From a virus (Duplodnaviria; Caudoviricetes): a DNA stretch of 45,318 nucleotides. The notes under the pieces were generated by a model. It made no database searches. It worked only from the letters and a program-made list of their open reading frames with translations, and was not told the DNA's origin. Each line of letters starts with the position of its first letter. Position 1 is the first letter of the stretch. The translations under genes were made by a program, and so were the position numbers. Shown one piece after another: positions 1-9,934 of this stretch. The stretch covers positions 1-45,318 of the IMG/VR virus record IMGVR_UViG_3300033416_000013. One strand, given 5' to 3'.

Positions 1-127
1 GACCGCGCTAACGGTGGACACGGGGGAGATGGGGAGTTCGACGGCGTTAAAAATCGGAAAATCAGAAAAAATAAACTTGAGCGTGCGGTTGATAAAGGCC
101 CTGCCCGTGTAAGCCTCGCCCCACTCG
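1..127. repeat. Terminal overlap, identical to 45192-45318 (circular contig)
   Basis: Exact 127-bp match; 127 is a common assembler k-mer length; a CDS continues in frame across the join. Confidence 0.95.
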
Positions 128-288
128 ACGGCGGCGGAGATCAGCATGGTCAAATAGGTGTCCTCACTGGCGTCGGAAGACTCAAGGCGCAATTGCACCT
201 TGGCCTCCGCCAGGGTTATAGGCAATACGCCCGGCGCAGTCACCTGCACAAGCTCTTGGATATCCGCCGGGCGCATGTCGTTTGTCAT
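1..288 (-). CDS. Head-tail connector (gp6/gp15-like), 5' part; continues at 45191..44874 (606 nt in total)
   Basis: Manual translation MTNDMRPAD...PITLAEAKVQLRLES...DTYLTMLISAAVEWGEAYTGRAFI, a typical connector N-terminus; joins in frame with ORF 44874..45212. Confidence 0.85.
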   Translation of the reverse strand, partial: MTNDMRPADIQELVQVTAPGVLPITLAEAKVQLRLESSDASEDTYLTMLISAAVEWGEAYTGRAFINRTLKFIFSDFPIFNAVELPISPVSTVSAV

Positions 289-300
289 CCGAAAATACCT

Positions 301-537
301 TTACTTCTTGGGGGGGGTGCCGCTCTTGTTTTCGGGGGTGGCGCCCAGGGCCTTGTTTTCGGGGGCCGGGCCCTTGGCGGATTGGTTTACCGCCTCGGCG
401 CGCTTGCTGTTGATGAGGATTTGCGCCAGGCCCGGGGGGACGTTGACAACCTCATCTCGCGCGTAATGTTTTGTCGTCAGGCCATCAATGGACAAATCCA
501 TGTCATTGGCCATCCGGATGGGGATTGCATTGCTCAT
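301..537 (-). CDS. Small head-module protein (78 aa)
   Basis: Position between capsid-associated gene and connector; C-terminal PENKA repeats typical of this slot. Confidence 0.65.
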   Translation of the reverse strand: MSNAIPIRMANDMDLSIDGLTTKHYARDEVVNVPPGLAQILINSKRAEAVNQSAKGPAPENKALGATPENKSGTPPKK

Positions 538-582
538 GTTACCTCATTGGGTGGTTGGGGGAGGGTTGCTCCCCCAAATGGG

Positions 583-1026
583 TTACAACACCGGGGCGTT
601 GTGGGGGTCAAACCGCTCATTGACAATGCCAATAGGCGTCCCGTTGGTGTGGGTGCCGGTGGCAGTGGCCAAAACGCGGAAATACCGCTTGTCACCCAGG
701 TATTCCAGGGTGACGGGGCGGCTGTCCCCGGTCAGGGTGTTGATGACATGGGTTGCGACGGTCTTGAGCTTGGTTCCCGCCACATGGTCCACGACCAGCA
801 GGCCGCCCACAGCAACAGCGGTCCAGGTGGAGTTGTCGGGGGAGTCCTCAGCGGACAGGGTCCAGTAGACGCTGCCGGACAAGGTGTCCCCGGAGTTGCC
901 CACCAGGATGGTGGACGCGCACCCGTTGTAGCCTAGCTTGTCGATGGCGGTGCCGGTTACGGTGGTGGTGGCCACGGCGTTGACGTTTCCGTTGGCCAGC
1001 GCCACGTTTTCCACAAAAGTGTTCAT
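583..1026 (-). CDS. Putative capsid decoration protein
   Basis: Directly after MCP, AAGGAG RBS, beta-rich with IDxxGY and YLGDKRYFRV motifs. Confidence 0.6.
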   Translation of the reverse strand: MNTFVENVALANGNVNAVATTTVTGTAIDKLGYNGCASTILVGNSGDTLSGSVYWTLSAEDSPDNSTWTAVAVGGLLVVDHVAGTKLKTVATHVINTLTGDSRPVTLEYLGDKRYFRVLATATGTHTNGTPIGIVNERFDPHNAPVL

Positions 1027-1037
1027 GTCCACGCTCC

Positions 1038-2330
1038 TTAGGCGATTTTGAGCAGTTTGACAGCGTCGTGATTTAACACGCCGCCCCCGGTATATTTATT
1101 GAATTGGAACTTGACGACGCCCTCGGTGGCGTATGGGTTTTTGAGCAGAGTGATCCCCGCGCGGTCCACGATCTGATACGCCTGGCGGAAGTCGGCGATC
1201 ACGGCGGCGATCACACCGGTGGTCGGAGTAGCCGCGAGAGTCGCGAAATCCTGCATGAAAACCACCGGGGTTCCCATGAAGTTGAACTTGGGCGTGGAGC
1301 CCATCAGCAACACATCCAGCTCGATCTGGTACTCGCCCGAGGTGCTGGCTTGCTCAGTCAGCAGGGTAAACCAGGTCTGGCGCTTGATGCCAATGGTGGC
1401 CTGTTTGGCGTACTCGCCATTGAGGGTCCCGTTGAGCTTGATGAGGTCCAGCCACTTGAGGGTGTTGGCGGCGCTGGTGGCGACCTGCTCGATTTTGCCA
1501 AAAGTGGTCCCGTCGGGGTAGGACAAGATGCCGTGCGGCTTATTGTTGCCATCCCCGGTCAAGTAGTATTGATTCTCCTTTTTCGAGAACCTCCGCGCCA
1601 CGCGCTCGGCGATCCACTGCTCCAAGTTGACCTGGTTGTACTCCAACATTTCGATGGTCACAGGGGGGCTGGCGGGGATGCGGTTCAGGTCGATTTTGAC
1701 ATTTTGGATGGTCGGTATATTTTGAGACCCGGCCGAACCCTCGGCAACGAAGTCGGCGTCAAAATCCTCGGAGTTGACCGGGATGTTGATCGAGGGGCCG
1801 GAGATGGTCATCACGTTGGACAGCTCACGGATGGGGCTGGTTTCCAGGGCCCAGGTCCGGATGGTGCGGTCAAATTGGGGGGGAACCAGATATCCCCCGG
1901 CGGAATCCTGGCCAATCATGAGGCTCTTAGCCTCATCCGGGGCCATGGCGTTGACCTCCAAATTTTTTGCCGCGTATGCAAAAAACGCCTTATGGTACGC
2001 CTTTGCTTGGTCAGGGGTGATGCTGACGTCCCGGCGGTGGCCCACCAGGGTATCTTTGAGCGATTTGGCCTCAAAGCCCCAGTCAACGGTCTTGCTTGCG
2101 GTAGACCCGTTGGCTTCGGAGTTGGCCAGCATCAGTTGCAGGGTATCCAGGGCCCGCTTTTGCTCTTCGGCCTGTTTTTCCATGGTGGCAAATTTAGCTT
2201 CCAGGGCGATGCCCAACTTTTCGGCCTTTTCGGCACGCTCGGCCGCCGGGGCCACCTGGTCTTGGATGGTTTTTTTCACCTCGGCGACGAGGTTTTTAGC
2301 CTCCGCCAACACATGATTTTGATCGGTCAT
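1038..2330 (-). CDS. Major capsid protein, HK97 family
   Basis: Coiled-coil delta domain, AGGYLVP, GDGNNKPHGIL, ADFRQAYQIVDR, NPY...GVVKF motifs. Confidence 0.95.
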   Translation of the reverse strand: MTDQNHVLAEAKNLVAEVKKTIQDQVAPAAERAEKAEKLGIALEAKFATMEKQAEEQKRALDTLQLMLANSEANGSTASKTVDWGFEAKSLKDTLVGHRRDVSITPDQAKAYHKAFFAYAAKNLEVNAMAPDEAKSLMIGQDSAGGYLVPPQFDRTIRTWALETSPIRELSNVMTISGPSINIPVNSEDFDADFVAEGSAGSQNIPTIQNVKIDLNRIPASPPVTIEMLEYNQVNLEQWIAERVARRFSKKENQYYLTGDGNNKPHGILSYPDGTTFGKIEQVATSAANTLKWLDLIKLNGTLNGEYAKQATIGIKRQTWFTLLTEQASTSGEYQIELDVLLMGSTPKFNFMGTPVVFMQDFATLAATPTTGVIAAVIADFRQAYQIVDRAGITLLKNPYATEGVVKFQFNKYTGGGVLNHDAVKLLKIA

Positions 2331-3373
2331 TTTTGATCCATTGGTTTGAGGGATGCGGTGAGTTGCTTCAGCTCATCGGCGAGGCCTCCCGCCCCGCCTT
2401 GCCCAGCATCCCGCTGGCCAATGTTTTTGAGGTCTGCGACCCGCGAAATAAGCGTCTTGGCCTCCGTGTCGGAAAAGCCAGGGGCGCCTTGTAGCACCGC
2501 CTCCAGGTCGCGGATGGTTTTGGCATCCGCAAACAGAGGGGCGTAGGATTTGAAGGGGCTATCGCGCTGCATCTTGGCGTAGTAGCGCTCGATGTTCGCC
2601 TGCACCCCGGGGCGGTCAGCGTCAGGGATATCGACCCCACCACGGGCGCCGCGCATCGCAGCAGCGCTCGCAAAGACGGCGCGGGGGATGACCTTAAGCT
2701 CGCCTCCGATCACGTCGGCGATGGGGAGCTTGTAGGCCCCAAACTGGTCGGATTTTTCGGAGTCGAACCACAAAAATGCTTGGCGGTATCGCTCGGACGG
2801 CACCTCAGTGGAGCGGGTAAATTCGCGCACCCGTCCGATTGCGGCGGCGGCGTCCCACTCCAACGTGTCATCCGCCAAGGGCAGGTCTTGGTAGGGGACG
2901 ACAGACTTGACCCCGAGCACCACGGCCTGGGGGTTCATCGGCATCGTGACAAAGCTGATTTCGTAGAGGTAGACCTCCTTGAGCAGGCGATAACCCTCCT
3001 TCGTCATTTCGTAATCAATCGCGCAATACCCGATCGACATAGAGTCGATCCCGCCAAGCTCAAGTTGCGGTATCAGCCTACCTTTGGTTAGGGTGTCCGT
3101 AAGAGAGAGCTTGCCTGTGATCAGCAGCCCTTTATCGGTTTCGATGGCGCTGGTAATTACGCCAGCCGGTTCGCGCTGGTCATGCATCCAAAGCAGGCGA
3201 GGGGTTCGATCTTTTAGGGACCGGGTGAAGGCTCCCTTGACCACAATGTCTCCGCCCAAGTCGCGGTTGCCAAAGGTGCTGGCGTACGCCTCAAACGTGA
3301 CGAATTTTTTGTCCGCGCCTTCGTCGATGAGCTTAAACTCAATTCCGGTGTGGATTTTTTTCTCGATTTTCAC
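2327..3373 (-). CDS. Prohead protease, HK97 family, with extra C-terminal domain
   Basis: FEAYASTFGNRDLGGDIVVKGAF, LLWMHD, MSIGY, LYEISFVTMPMNPQA. Confidence 0.92.
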   Translation of the reverse strand: MKIEKKIHTGIEFKLIDEGADKKFVTFEAYASTFGNRDLGGDIVVKGAFTRSLKDRTPRLLWMHDQREPAGVITSAIETDKGLLITGKLSLTDTLTKGRLIPQLELGGIDSMSIGYCAIDYEMTKEGYRLLKEVYLYEISFVTMPMNPQAVVLGVKSVVPYQDLPLADDTLEWDAAAAIGRVREFTRSTEVPSERYRQAFLWFDSEKSDQFGAYKLPIADVIGGELKVIPRAVFASAAAMRGARGGVDIPDADRPGVQANIERYYAKMQRDSPFKSYAPLFADAKTIRDLEAVLQGAPGFSDTEAKTLISRVADLKNIGQRDAGQGGAGGLADELKQLTASLKPMDQK

Positions 3374-3411
3374 GCCGATTCTCCTTTTTTTACCATGATT
3401 TCAGACGATCC

Positions 3412-4209
3412 TCACCATGTCAAGATGCTTGAGCATCGGCAATGGATGACATTTTTGACTGACGCCCCGTGCGACGTGTCCCCGGGGTACGATAATTGCT
3501 CCCCCCACACCGTGTACAACCCATCAAACTCGCGCGTTTGCCCCTCTGCCCGCATGTGCTCCTCGCGGGTGCGGTTATCCAGGCGGGCCACCCATGTTTT
3601 TTTGGCCGCTCCGGGAAGGCGGTTGACCTTGTAGAGTTCCTGGGCCTCCACCTGCTTGGCATTTTCGGTGGCCGCATTGGTCTCGGTGATGACAATGGCC
3701 TCGATCCGCTCGGACACCGAGGCGTTAAAGTCTCGCACGATCCTGGCGGCCTGCTGCGTTGCCGTCGGAGCAGGTGACCCAATAGGGACTGGCTCACTGG
3801 CCACGGCGCTGGTGATCTTGGCCAAGTCCTGGCTGGTGGTGTCGGCGATGTACAAGGATTGCTGGCGCGCATGCGCCTTGGCCCACTCAAGTAGGTTGCC
3901 CGCGATCTGCGCATCCAGGGGATCGGCGACCTTGGACTCGGCCCGGTAGATCATCCCCTTGCCCAGGCGCGCGCGGATCGTCCCGCCGAATGCACGTCCA
4001 CACGCCTTGTAGTGCTCAAGCAGGATCACCTCAACTGCTTGCTGATGCTGCCGCATGTCGGGGATCGTCTGCCTGGATGCCCATGTGATGGCCAGGTCGG
4101 TCGCAACCGACGCAAATGCTCGCTTGATTTGCGGGCGCAGCTTGCTCTCAAGGGCCAGTTTGACAGCCAGCTCCGCCGCCGCAATCGTCTCAAGCTCAGC
4201 GCTGGCCAT
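3412..4209 (-). CDS. Minor head protein, MuF/SPP1 gp7-like
   Basis: IVITET, KTWVARLDNRTREEH, YPGD, NVIHCRCS C-terminal motif. Confidence 0.88.
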   Translation of the reverse strand: MASAELETIAAAELAVKLALESKLRPQIKRAFASVATDLAITWASRQTIPDMRQHQQAVEVILLEHYKACGRAFGGTIRARLGKGMIYRAESKVADPLDAQIAGNLLEWAKAHARQQSLYIADTTSQDLAKITSAVASEPVPIGSPAPTATQQAARIVRDFNASVSERIEAIVITETNAATENAKQVEAQELYKVNRLPGAAKKTWVARLDNRTREEHMRAEGQTREFDGLYTVWGEQLSYPGDTSHGASVKNVIHCRCSSILTW

Positions 4210-5614
4210 GGATGCGATCCCATAATTCGTCCATGTCCACATCCAGCTTTTTGCCTTCGACCTGACGCCCCATCAGCTCAGCCCACCGAGCCTTTGTCTT
4301 GGCCGGGGTATCGCGGTTGTCGTCCGTGTAGCGATCCTGGCCAATCGGCACCAAAGTTGACGGGCGAAGCAGCTCATCCCCGCCGTCTATGGACTCATAT
4401 CCCACATTGGCGCGCAACTCATTGACGGTCAGCACGCCGGTCTTGGAGAGCGTGGACAGGTTGGCGTAGGAGCGGGTATCCAGGGCTGTGATTGATGCAG
4501 GGTCAAGCGTGAGGGTTAGCCCATCCATCCCCTTCCAGCGATGGGCCATGCGGCGCTGCAACACAGACAGGATGCGCTTCGCCGCTGGTAGCACGGATTG
4601 ATCGTAAAAAACGAGGCGGGCCGTGTCGTAGTTGGACAGGGTCATGTTTTCCGCGCTCACCAGCGGGAGGGGGATTTTTAGGCGCGAAAACACGATGCTT
4701 GTGAGCTGGCGCTGCAGGGAGGCCCAGTCCATGTCCCGGTTGTTGATGAGTTCGGACTGGAATTTTATCCCGGGCGGCAAAAATGGGACTCGCCCAGACC
4801 GGCCCGCCCCACCATAGGCGGCGGCGAAGTTGTCTCTCAGCTCCCGGCGTTGATCGTCGCTAATCGCCACGTCTTGATCGGCCGTCAACATCCCGCCTGG
4901 ACGTGCCCCGGCGCGCAGCAACCCCGTATTGTGCAGGTTGGCGGTGATGAGCTGCTCGATCTCGGAGTAGGCGGCCTTGAGGATGGTCACGCCATAGGGG
5001 TAGCTCGTGCTGCGATTGGGGTTTGGCCCATGGATCGGGATCAGCTCATGCATTTGGCCAAAAAAATACCGCACCATGCCTGTGCGAGTATCGCGCTCAC
5101 CCACGAAGCTCATCGACCCAGACCCGCCCGGGCTGTACATGTACGAATCCGGCTGGGGTGACGACCCACACATGGCGTCTAAATGCTCCGCGCTCAATAC
5201 CTCCATCGCCACGGGCGGTCGGTCGCGCATGCCCTTGAGCAGGATGTACACGTTGGCGGTGACAGTGTCTTGGACGGTTGCATCCCGCACAAACTCACCC
5301 CAGGTCTGCATGGGGTTCGGCGCGCGCAAAAATGTCAGGTAATCGTGCCTGGAGACGTACTCGCTCTTGCGCTCGTCCCACAGCACCGGGTCAATGCTGG
5401 ACATAGCGTCGGCCAGCATGTCAACACCGGTGGCCACGGGGGCGGAGGATTTGTAGTACTGGATGGATTTTCCGGGGGTAATGTCAGATGAGGCTATGGA
5501 TACGGGGTCTCCGGTCATTATCCCGCCCAAAAAACCGCCTTGACCAATCCATGCATTGCTGGACTTGCTCTCTCCGACACCAAGCCAGTCCCTGATTAGC
5601 CCCTTGAAGTCCAT
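4196..5614 (-). CDS. Portal protein, HK97 family
   Basis: PNPMQT, GARPGGML, DMDW, GVLTVNELRANVGYESIDGGDEL motifs; position after TerL. Confidence 0.93.
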   Translation of the reverse strand: MDFKGLIRDWLGVGESKSSNAWIGQGGFLGGIMTGDPVSIASSDITPGKSIQYYKSSAPVATGVDMLADAMSSIDPVLWDERKSEYVSRHDYLTFLRAPNPMQTWGEFVRDATVQDTVTANVYILLKGMRDRPPVAMEVLSAEHLDAMCGSSPQPDSYMYSPGGSGSMSFVGERDTRTGMVRYFFGQMHELIPIHGPNPNRSTSYPYGVTILKAAYSEIEQLITANLHNTGLLRAGARPGGMLTADQDVAISDDQRRELRDNFAAAYGGAGRSGRVPFLPPGIKFQSELINNRDMDWASLQRQLTSIVFSRLKIPLPLVSAENMTLSNYDTARLVFYDQSVLPAAKRILSVLQRRMAHRWKGMDGLTLTLDPASITALDTRSYANLSTLSKTGVLTVNELRANVGYESIDGGDELLRPSTLVPIGQDRYTDDNRDTPAKTKARWAELMGRQVEGKKLDVDMDELWDRIHGQR

Positions 5615-5662
5615 GCGCGCCTCATTGATTGTTTGGGCAATGATTACATACGCGAGCCAGCA

Positions 5663-7030
5663 TTACAATGCCCCCATCGGGCCACTCAACTGCCTACGGG
5701 ACAGCATGTAATCTGCGAGCGACAGAGCATCCACCTGGTCATCGTGGCGGGAGTCCGGGAACGATTCCAGCTCGTCCAAAAACGCCTTATTCCAGGGGGC
5801 TCGCACGAGGCGTACGTTGCCCTGCTCGGCCATGGCGGATATACCACCGGCCCGCTTGGCCTTGTCGCCCGTGACTGGATATGCCTTAACGACGGCCTTG
5901 CCATGTAGCAGATTCGTTCGGCGTCCGGCCTGGTCCTTTCCGGCCTGGGCAGGGTCCTGGGGGATCACAAACCTTGCGCCCGGATACTGCTCGGCCATCT
6001 TGAGCATGGCCTTGTCCACGTCGAGGTATGAGCCCTGCAAGCGGTGGACGTGCTCAATGTAGATTTGCCCGTCTGGGGTCTTGCTGGCCACCACGGCAAC
6101 CGTCCAGTCACCGCCCCCCAGGGTCGCCGCGAAGTCCCAGGCGATTACGCGATTTTTGGCCGCCTCCGCGGGGACTGCATCCGTCATCCCAAACCAGGAG
6201 CGCTTAAACATCAGGCCTGCGGCGGGCTTGATGATCCAGTTGCCATGCAGGAGCCGCATCCTCTCCACGTAGGGGAGGGCCAACAGCCTGGCCCGGTAGC
6301 GCGGGTCAGACCCCAGCAGCGCCGGGTTGTCCTCCAACTTGGCCGCGATAAACGTGAGTGAGTAGGGCTGGGGCTGGTCCTTGTGGTCATCCGGCAGAGA
6401 TGGGTCGCCGTGGGTATCTATCAGCTCGCGCGGGGTGTCGGCCCAGACCAGATCATTGCCCACGCGGATAAACCAGCGGATGACCCCGGAGCGCTCCTGG
6501 ATCGGAAATCCGGTCTCTTGGTCAATCCACCACTCGATTAGCGTGGCCACCCAGCTGTCTGCGTCCGGGTTGGTCGTGCAACGCATGTACGGCCTCACAC
6601 CGCATGTGGAGCGGTTGCGCGAGAGCATGTACCAAAATTGCGACTCCAAAAAGTGCGTCAGCTCGTCAAAATAGATCGCCGGTATCTGGGAGCCCTGCCA
6701 CCCGTGCACATCGTCGGCGTGCTCAAGGTGCCGCAAGGACACCCGGGCCCCCGAAGGGAAGTGGTGCTCGAGTACAGAGCGCTTGGGGATGGCGCCAAAA
6801 TAGGGGTAGATCGTCAGGCTAGAGTCCCACAGGCCGCCCTGGTTGCGTATCTCCGGGGTGGTGCGCCGAAAGATCACCGCGCCAAATTGTGGGTTGTGGA
6901 TGTGTCGGAGTGGGTCAAGCTCAAGGGCAAACGACTTGCCCGATCCGGCCGAACCCCCGTAGATCGCAATGTCTGCGGGGGTGGAAAGAAATTGGGTTTG
7001 TGGCCCCGGTTGCGGGGAAAATACAGGCAT
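5663..7030 (-). CDS. terL: Terminase large subunit
   Basis: PQPGPQ, Walker A YGGSAGSGKS, Walker B YFDELTHF, TTNP, nuclease WDFAAT and HDDQVDA. Confidence 0.95.
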   Translation of the reverse strand: MPVFSPQPGPQTQFLSTPADIAIYGGSAGSGKSFALELDPLRHIHNPQFGAVIFRRTTPEIRNQGGLWDSSLTIYPYFGAIPKRSVLEHHFPSGARVSLRHLEHADDVHGWQGSQIPAIYFDELTHFLESQFWYMLSRNRSTCGVRPYMRCTTNPDADSWVATLIEWWIDQETGFPIQERSGVIRWFIRVGNDLVWADTPRELIDTHGDPSLPDDHKDQPQPYSLTFIAAKLEDNPALLGSDPRYRARLLALPYVERMRLLHGNWIIKPAAGLMFKRSWFGMTDAVPAEAAKNRVIAWDFAATLGGGDWTVAVVASKTPDGQIYIEHVHRLQGSYLDVDKAMLKMAEQYPGARFVIPQDPAQAGKDQAGRRTNLLHGKAVVKAYPVTGDKAKRAGGISAMAEQGNVRLVRAPWNKAFLDELESFPDSRHDDQVDALSLADYMLSRRQLSGPMGAL

Positions 7031-7033
7031 GGA

Positions 7034-8329
7034 TTAGAAAAATTCGTGCCATCTCACGCCGCACGAAGCGTCGCCGGTGACAGTGGTTTGCGCGCAAACG
7101 GTCAGAGTGTCCTCTGGGCCAAGCATGTACTCTAGGTGGTCGTCGATCTTGATGGTCTCGTTATTAACCTTGGAGAGCTGTATGGACAGCATCTCATGGC
7201 CGCCAGTCACTGTCGATGCGTCGTTGGTTGACCGCATCGGACTTTCGACCGCATCAATCTGGGTATAGACGGGCGTCCCGGATAGAGTGGCGTTTTTGAT
7301 GACCTTGAAATTGAAAGTCTTGGTCCCGTCGGTCGCCATGCTCAAAAATGACATGGTGTGGCGGATGTAATTGACTTTGCCAAAAAATGTGGCATCTGGC
7401 TTGAGCGTCAAAATGTTGACGAATACGGTTGGGCTGCCGGTGATGGACTGCGTCCCCGATTTCGCAAAATGCTTGGCCTCCGGGTCGGCTTGGGCATCAG
7501 CCATCACCCCCCCATTGACACTGCCAATCTCCAGGGATGACGATGCAGCCGTAGCCCCATTAAGCACCTCCGCCCGAAACGGCAAAAACGGGAGGCCAAA
7601 ATTGAGGGCCGTGGACCGATTTCGGCGATCTATGGTGTGGAAATTGATTAGGCCGACATCGGTATCCATGTAAAACCGAACCGGAGCGAACCCCAGGTAA
7701 CCCCAGGTCATGCGCAAAACGTTGCCAAATCCTGGATCCCACCGGTATCGGCTCTGCCCTTCGCCGTCCAACGGGTCATCCCATGCGGATTGCGCTACCC
7801 CCATGAGCATCACGCCATCCGACCACAGCTCCACATACCAGATGCCCCCGCGCCTATGGAGAAGCAGGCCATCCATAATCGTCTGGGACCCGAGGGTGGG
7901 GGTGACCGTGTAAGCCCCGACGCGATGGATACTGTCTGCCGTAAGCCCGTAAAATATCGGGGTCACCAACAGGTATGATGCGTGGCCTGGGCGGTAGATG
8001 ATGGTCTCATCCGATTGCGCATACACCGTGCTGGCTGAGGTCACCCCCGTGTCCAGCCGGAGCTTAGACCCTGGCGTGGTCTCCGCGTGCGAGCCCGTCC
8101 CGCCGTGGTAAAGATTGCGCTCCGAAATGCCATAGCCAAATTTTAGCGCGATGTAATCTCGGCGCTGAGTGGTGACAAGATCGCCAAACTCACCCACTAC
8201 GGCCTCTTCGCCGTCCGAACCGATCAGGGACACGGCGGGTATGCTGTCGCCCTGGGGGGTGATTACGTGGACTGTCTCGGATGACGGGCGCTTGGTGGTG
8301 GTCATGGGCATGGCCAGATGTGGGTGCAT
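7034..8329 (-). CDS. Hypothetical 431-aa beta-rich protein, possibly virion-associated
   Basis: Long ORF ending 3 bp before terL; Thr/Gly/Ser-rich beta pattern; no family recognised with certainty. Confidence 0.6.
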   Translation of the reverse strand: MHPHLAMPMTTTKRPSSETVHVITPQGDSIPAVSLIGSDGEEAVVGEFGDLVTTQRRDYIALKFGYGISERNLYHGGTGSHAETTPGSKLRLDTGVTSASTVYAQSDETIIYRPGHASYLLVTPIFYGLTADSIHRVGAYTVTPTLGSQTIMDGLLLHRRGGIWYVELWSDGVMLMGVAQSAWDDPLDGEGQSRYRWDPGFGNVLRMTWGYLGFAPVRFYMDTDVGLINFHTIDRRNRSTALNFGLPFLPFRAEVLNGATAASSSLEIGSVNGGVMADAQADPEAKHFAKSGTQSITGSPTVFVNILTLKPDATFFGKVNYIRHTMSFLSMATDGTKTFNFKVIKNATLSGTPVYTQIDAVESPMRSTNDASTVTGGHEMLSIQLSKVNNETIKIDDHLEYMLGPEDTLTVCAQTTVTGDASCGVRWHEFF

Positions 8330-8369
8330 TAGATATCAGCACTCTACCTTGGGCCACACGCCTTTGCAA

Positions 8370-8837
8370 TCATTGGCCCTTGGGGCGAAAGTACTCCCGA
8401 CCTCCTGCCGTAGCCGTGGCCAGCTCCCCGTAGGCCTCATAGAGCATGGCGCGCTCCTCCTCCGTCACCACTCCGTCATCCATGGCGTGGGCCAGGGTTT
8501 CGGCGACGCGCGCAGCCCGGGCAATGATGCCCATGGCCATCGCAAACGCCCGCTGCTCTGTCATTATACCCCCGGGCAGATCAACCACTGCCTTGCCGTA
8601 GGCCCGGTAAGCCTCATTTGCCGGGGCCCAGTCATAAGCCTTGTCAATCTCAAGCGCCTCATCAACCCCCAGCTTGGCCTTCCGGCGCCCGTCCTCCCCC
8701 AGCGCGTCTGACAGGCAATTGCTGAGGTATGTGGGAGCCACCCCAAGCCTTACGGACATGGCCTTTGTCCCGCCCGTGCCGTCCTCGACATGGCGCTTGT
8801 ACGGGGCCAGCAGGTTGATGCGCTCTTGATGATCCAT
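8370..8837 (-). CDS. CII-like phage regulatory protein (CP76/186 CII-like)
   Basis: N-terminal HTH (GGTKAMSVRLGVAPTYLSNCL), KLGVDEAL, C-terminal AMDDGVVTEEE. Confidence 0.7.
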   Translation of the reverse strand: MDHQERINLLAPYKRHVEDGTGGTKAMSVRLGVAPTYLSNCLSDALGEDGRRKAKLGVDEALEIDKAYDWAPANEAYRAYGKAVVDLPGGIMTEQRAFAMAMGIIARAARVAETLAHAMDDGVVTEEERAMLYEAYGELATATAGGREYFRPKGQ

Positions 8838-8876
8838 TCGTGGGCCTCCAATTTTAACATGGTTTCGGGGGTTAAA

Positions 8877-8907
8877 CTGCCTTAATCAAAATTAATTATT
8901 AAGGCAG
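8877..8907. promoter_or_regulatory. Inverted-repeat operator candidate between divergent CII-like and receiver genes
   Basis: CTGCCTTAAT-N11-ATTAAGGCAG, perfect 10-bp arms in an AT-rich intergenic region. Confidence 0.5.
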
Positions 8908-8971
8908 ATCATGTGCTTAGATGATCTTGCGGCGTTTTGTCGCATACGAAAAATCAACCAAGGGAGCGCAG

Positions 8972-9379
8972 ATGAAAACCATCTTGATCGTCGATGCAAA
9001 CCAGCTGGCCAGGGACTACGTCAAATCCGTTTTGCCAGGGCAGGCCACCCAAGAGGAGTCAAGCCCCATCAACGCGCTCATGGCCCTTGAGCGTGATCCT
9101 GACATCAAGGGGGCTATTGTCGATTTGCAGATCGGCGGGGGTCTGACAAGCGGGGTGAGGTTCGTCCGGGAGGCCAAGGCGAGGCGTCCGTATGTGCCCA
9201 TCATCGTGCTCACGGGGTTTGCCCTTGAGGATGTGGACCGGACGCTGATCGCTCGTTGCATGGATGACGGGGCCTTCGCCATTATCCCCAAGCCTGGCGG
9301 GCAGGTAACGGTGGATCAGTTTACGGCTCAGCTACAAGCGGCGGTCAGCTTTGCGCTTGGCAGCCAGTACGTGGGGTGA
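8972..9379 (+). CDS. Single-domain response regulator (CheY-like receiver)
   Basis: ILIVDAN (beta1), AIVDL (phosphoacceptor Asp), PIIVLTG (Thr), GAFAIIPKP (Lys); GGAG RBS. Confidence 0.85.
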   Translation: MKTILIVDANQLARDYVKSVLPGQATQEESSPINALMALERDPDIKGAIVDLQIGGGLTSGVRFVREAKARRPYVPIIVLTGFALEDVDRTLIARCMDDGAFAIIPKPGGQVTVDQFTAQLQAAVSFALGSQYVG

Positions 9380-9383
9380 GGCC

Positions 9384-9797
9384 CTATTGCCGCTGGCCCT
9401 GTATCATGGAGGGGGCCATCAGCACCGGGATGTCGTCTGAGCTACGCCCACTCGCCAGGGCCATACCAATCACACGGACACTCTCCCCTGGGTTTGGCCT
9501 GGCGGGCACGGCGCGGCCTTGTCCATCTGACGTCAATAACTGTCCGAAGTTAACCATATTTCCTAACCTAACCACAGCAACTCCATAGATCACTACATCA
9601 ACGATAGCCCCATACATTGGGGATCGTTCGCTTGTAACGCCCAGCAGGTCTTCCGTCGCTGACTCGGCAAGTTTGACTCTGTTCCCGCCTGGGATGGCCG
9701 CCACGATGTGGTATTCTTTTGCCTTTCCGTCGCAGATGTATGGGGCGGTTAAAGCGGTACGTCGTTTGGGCTTAAGCTCTTGCAGGGTGGTTGTCAT
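9384..9797 (-). CDS. DUF2190-like capsid cement protein
   Basis: VKLA...LLGVT...VDVVIYGVAVVRLG...GQLLTSDGQGRAVPA...VIGMAL pattern. Confidence 0.7.
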   Translation of the reverse strand: MTTTLQELKPKRRTALTAPYICDGKAKEYHIVAAIPGGNRVKLAESATEDLLGVTSERSPMYGAIVDVVIYGVAVVRLGNMVNFGQLLTSDGQGRAVPARPNPGESVRVIGMALASGRSSDDIPVLMAPSMIQGQRQ

Positions 9798-9934
9798 GGT
9801 TCACCGTTCGGTTGGGGGGTTCCGCGGCCTCGGCCATGAAGGTCTTGATCAAAACAGGGTTTTGCATGGGGTCACAATCCTTTCTGGGAAACATGGTTCA
9901 CTGCGTGGGTGAACGTGATGACGTGGTCGCCGGA

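Noticed and set aside
1-127. Biological direct terminal repeat
   Set aside because: Length equals a common assembly k-mer and it falls mid-gene; best explained as circular overlap
193-7135. Long plus-strand ORFs opposite head genes (e.g. 1104-2336), likewise opposite tail genes
   Set aside because: Antisense shadows of GC-rich coding sequence; no motifs or RBS
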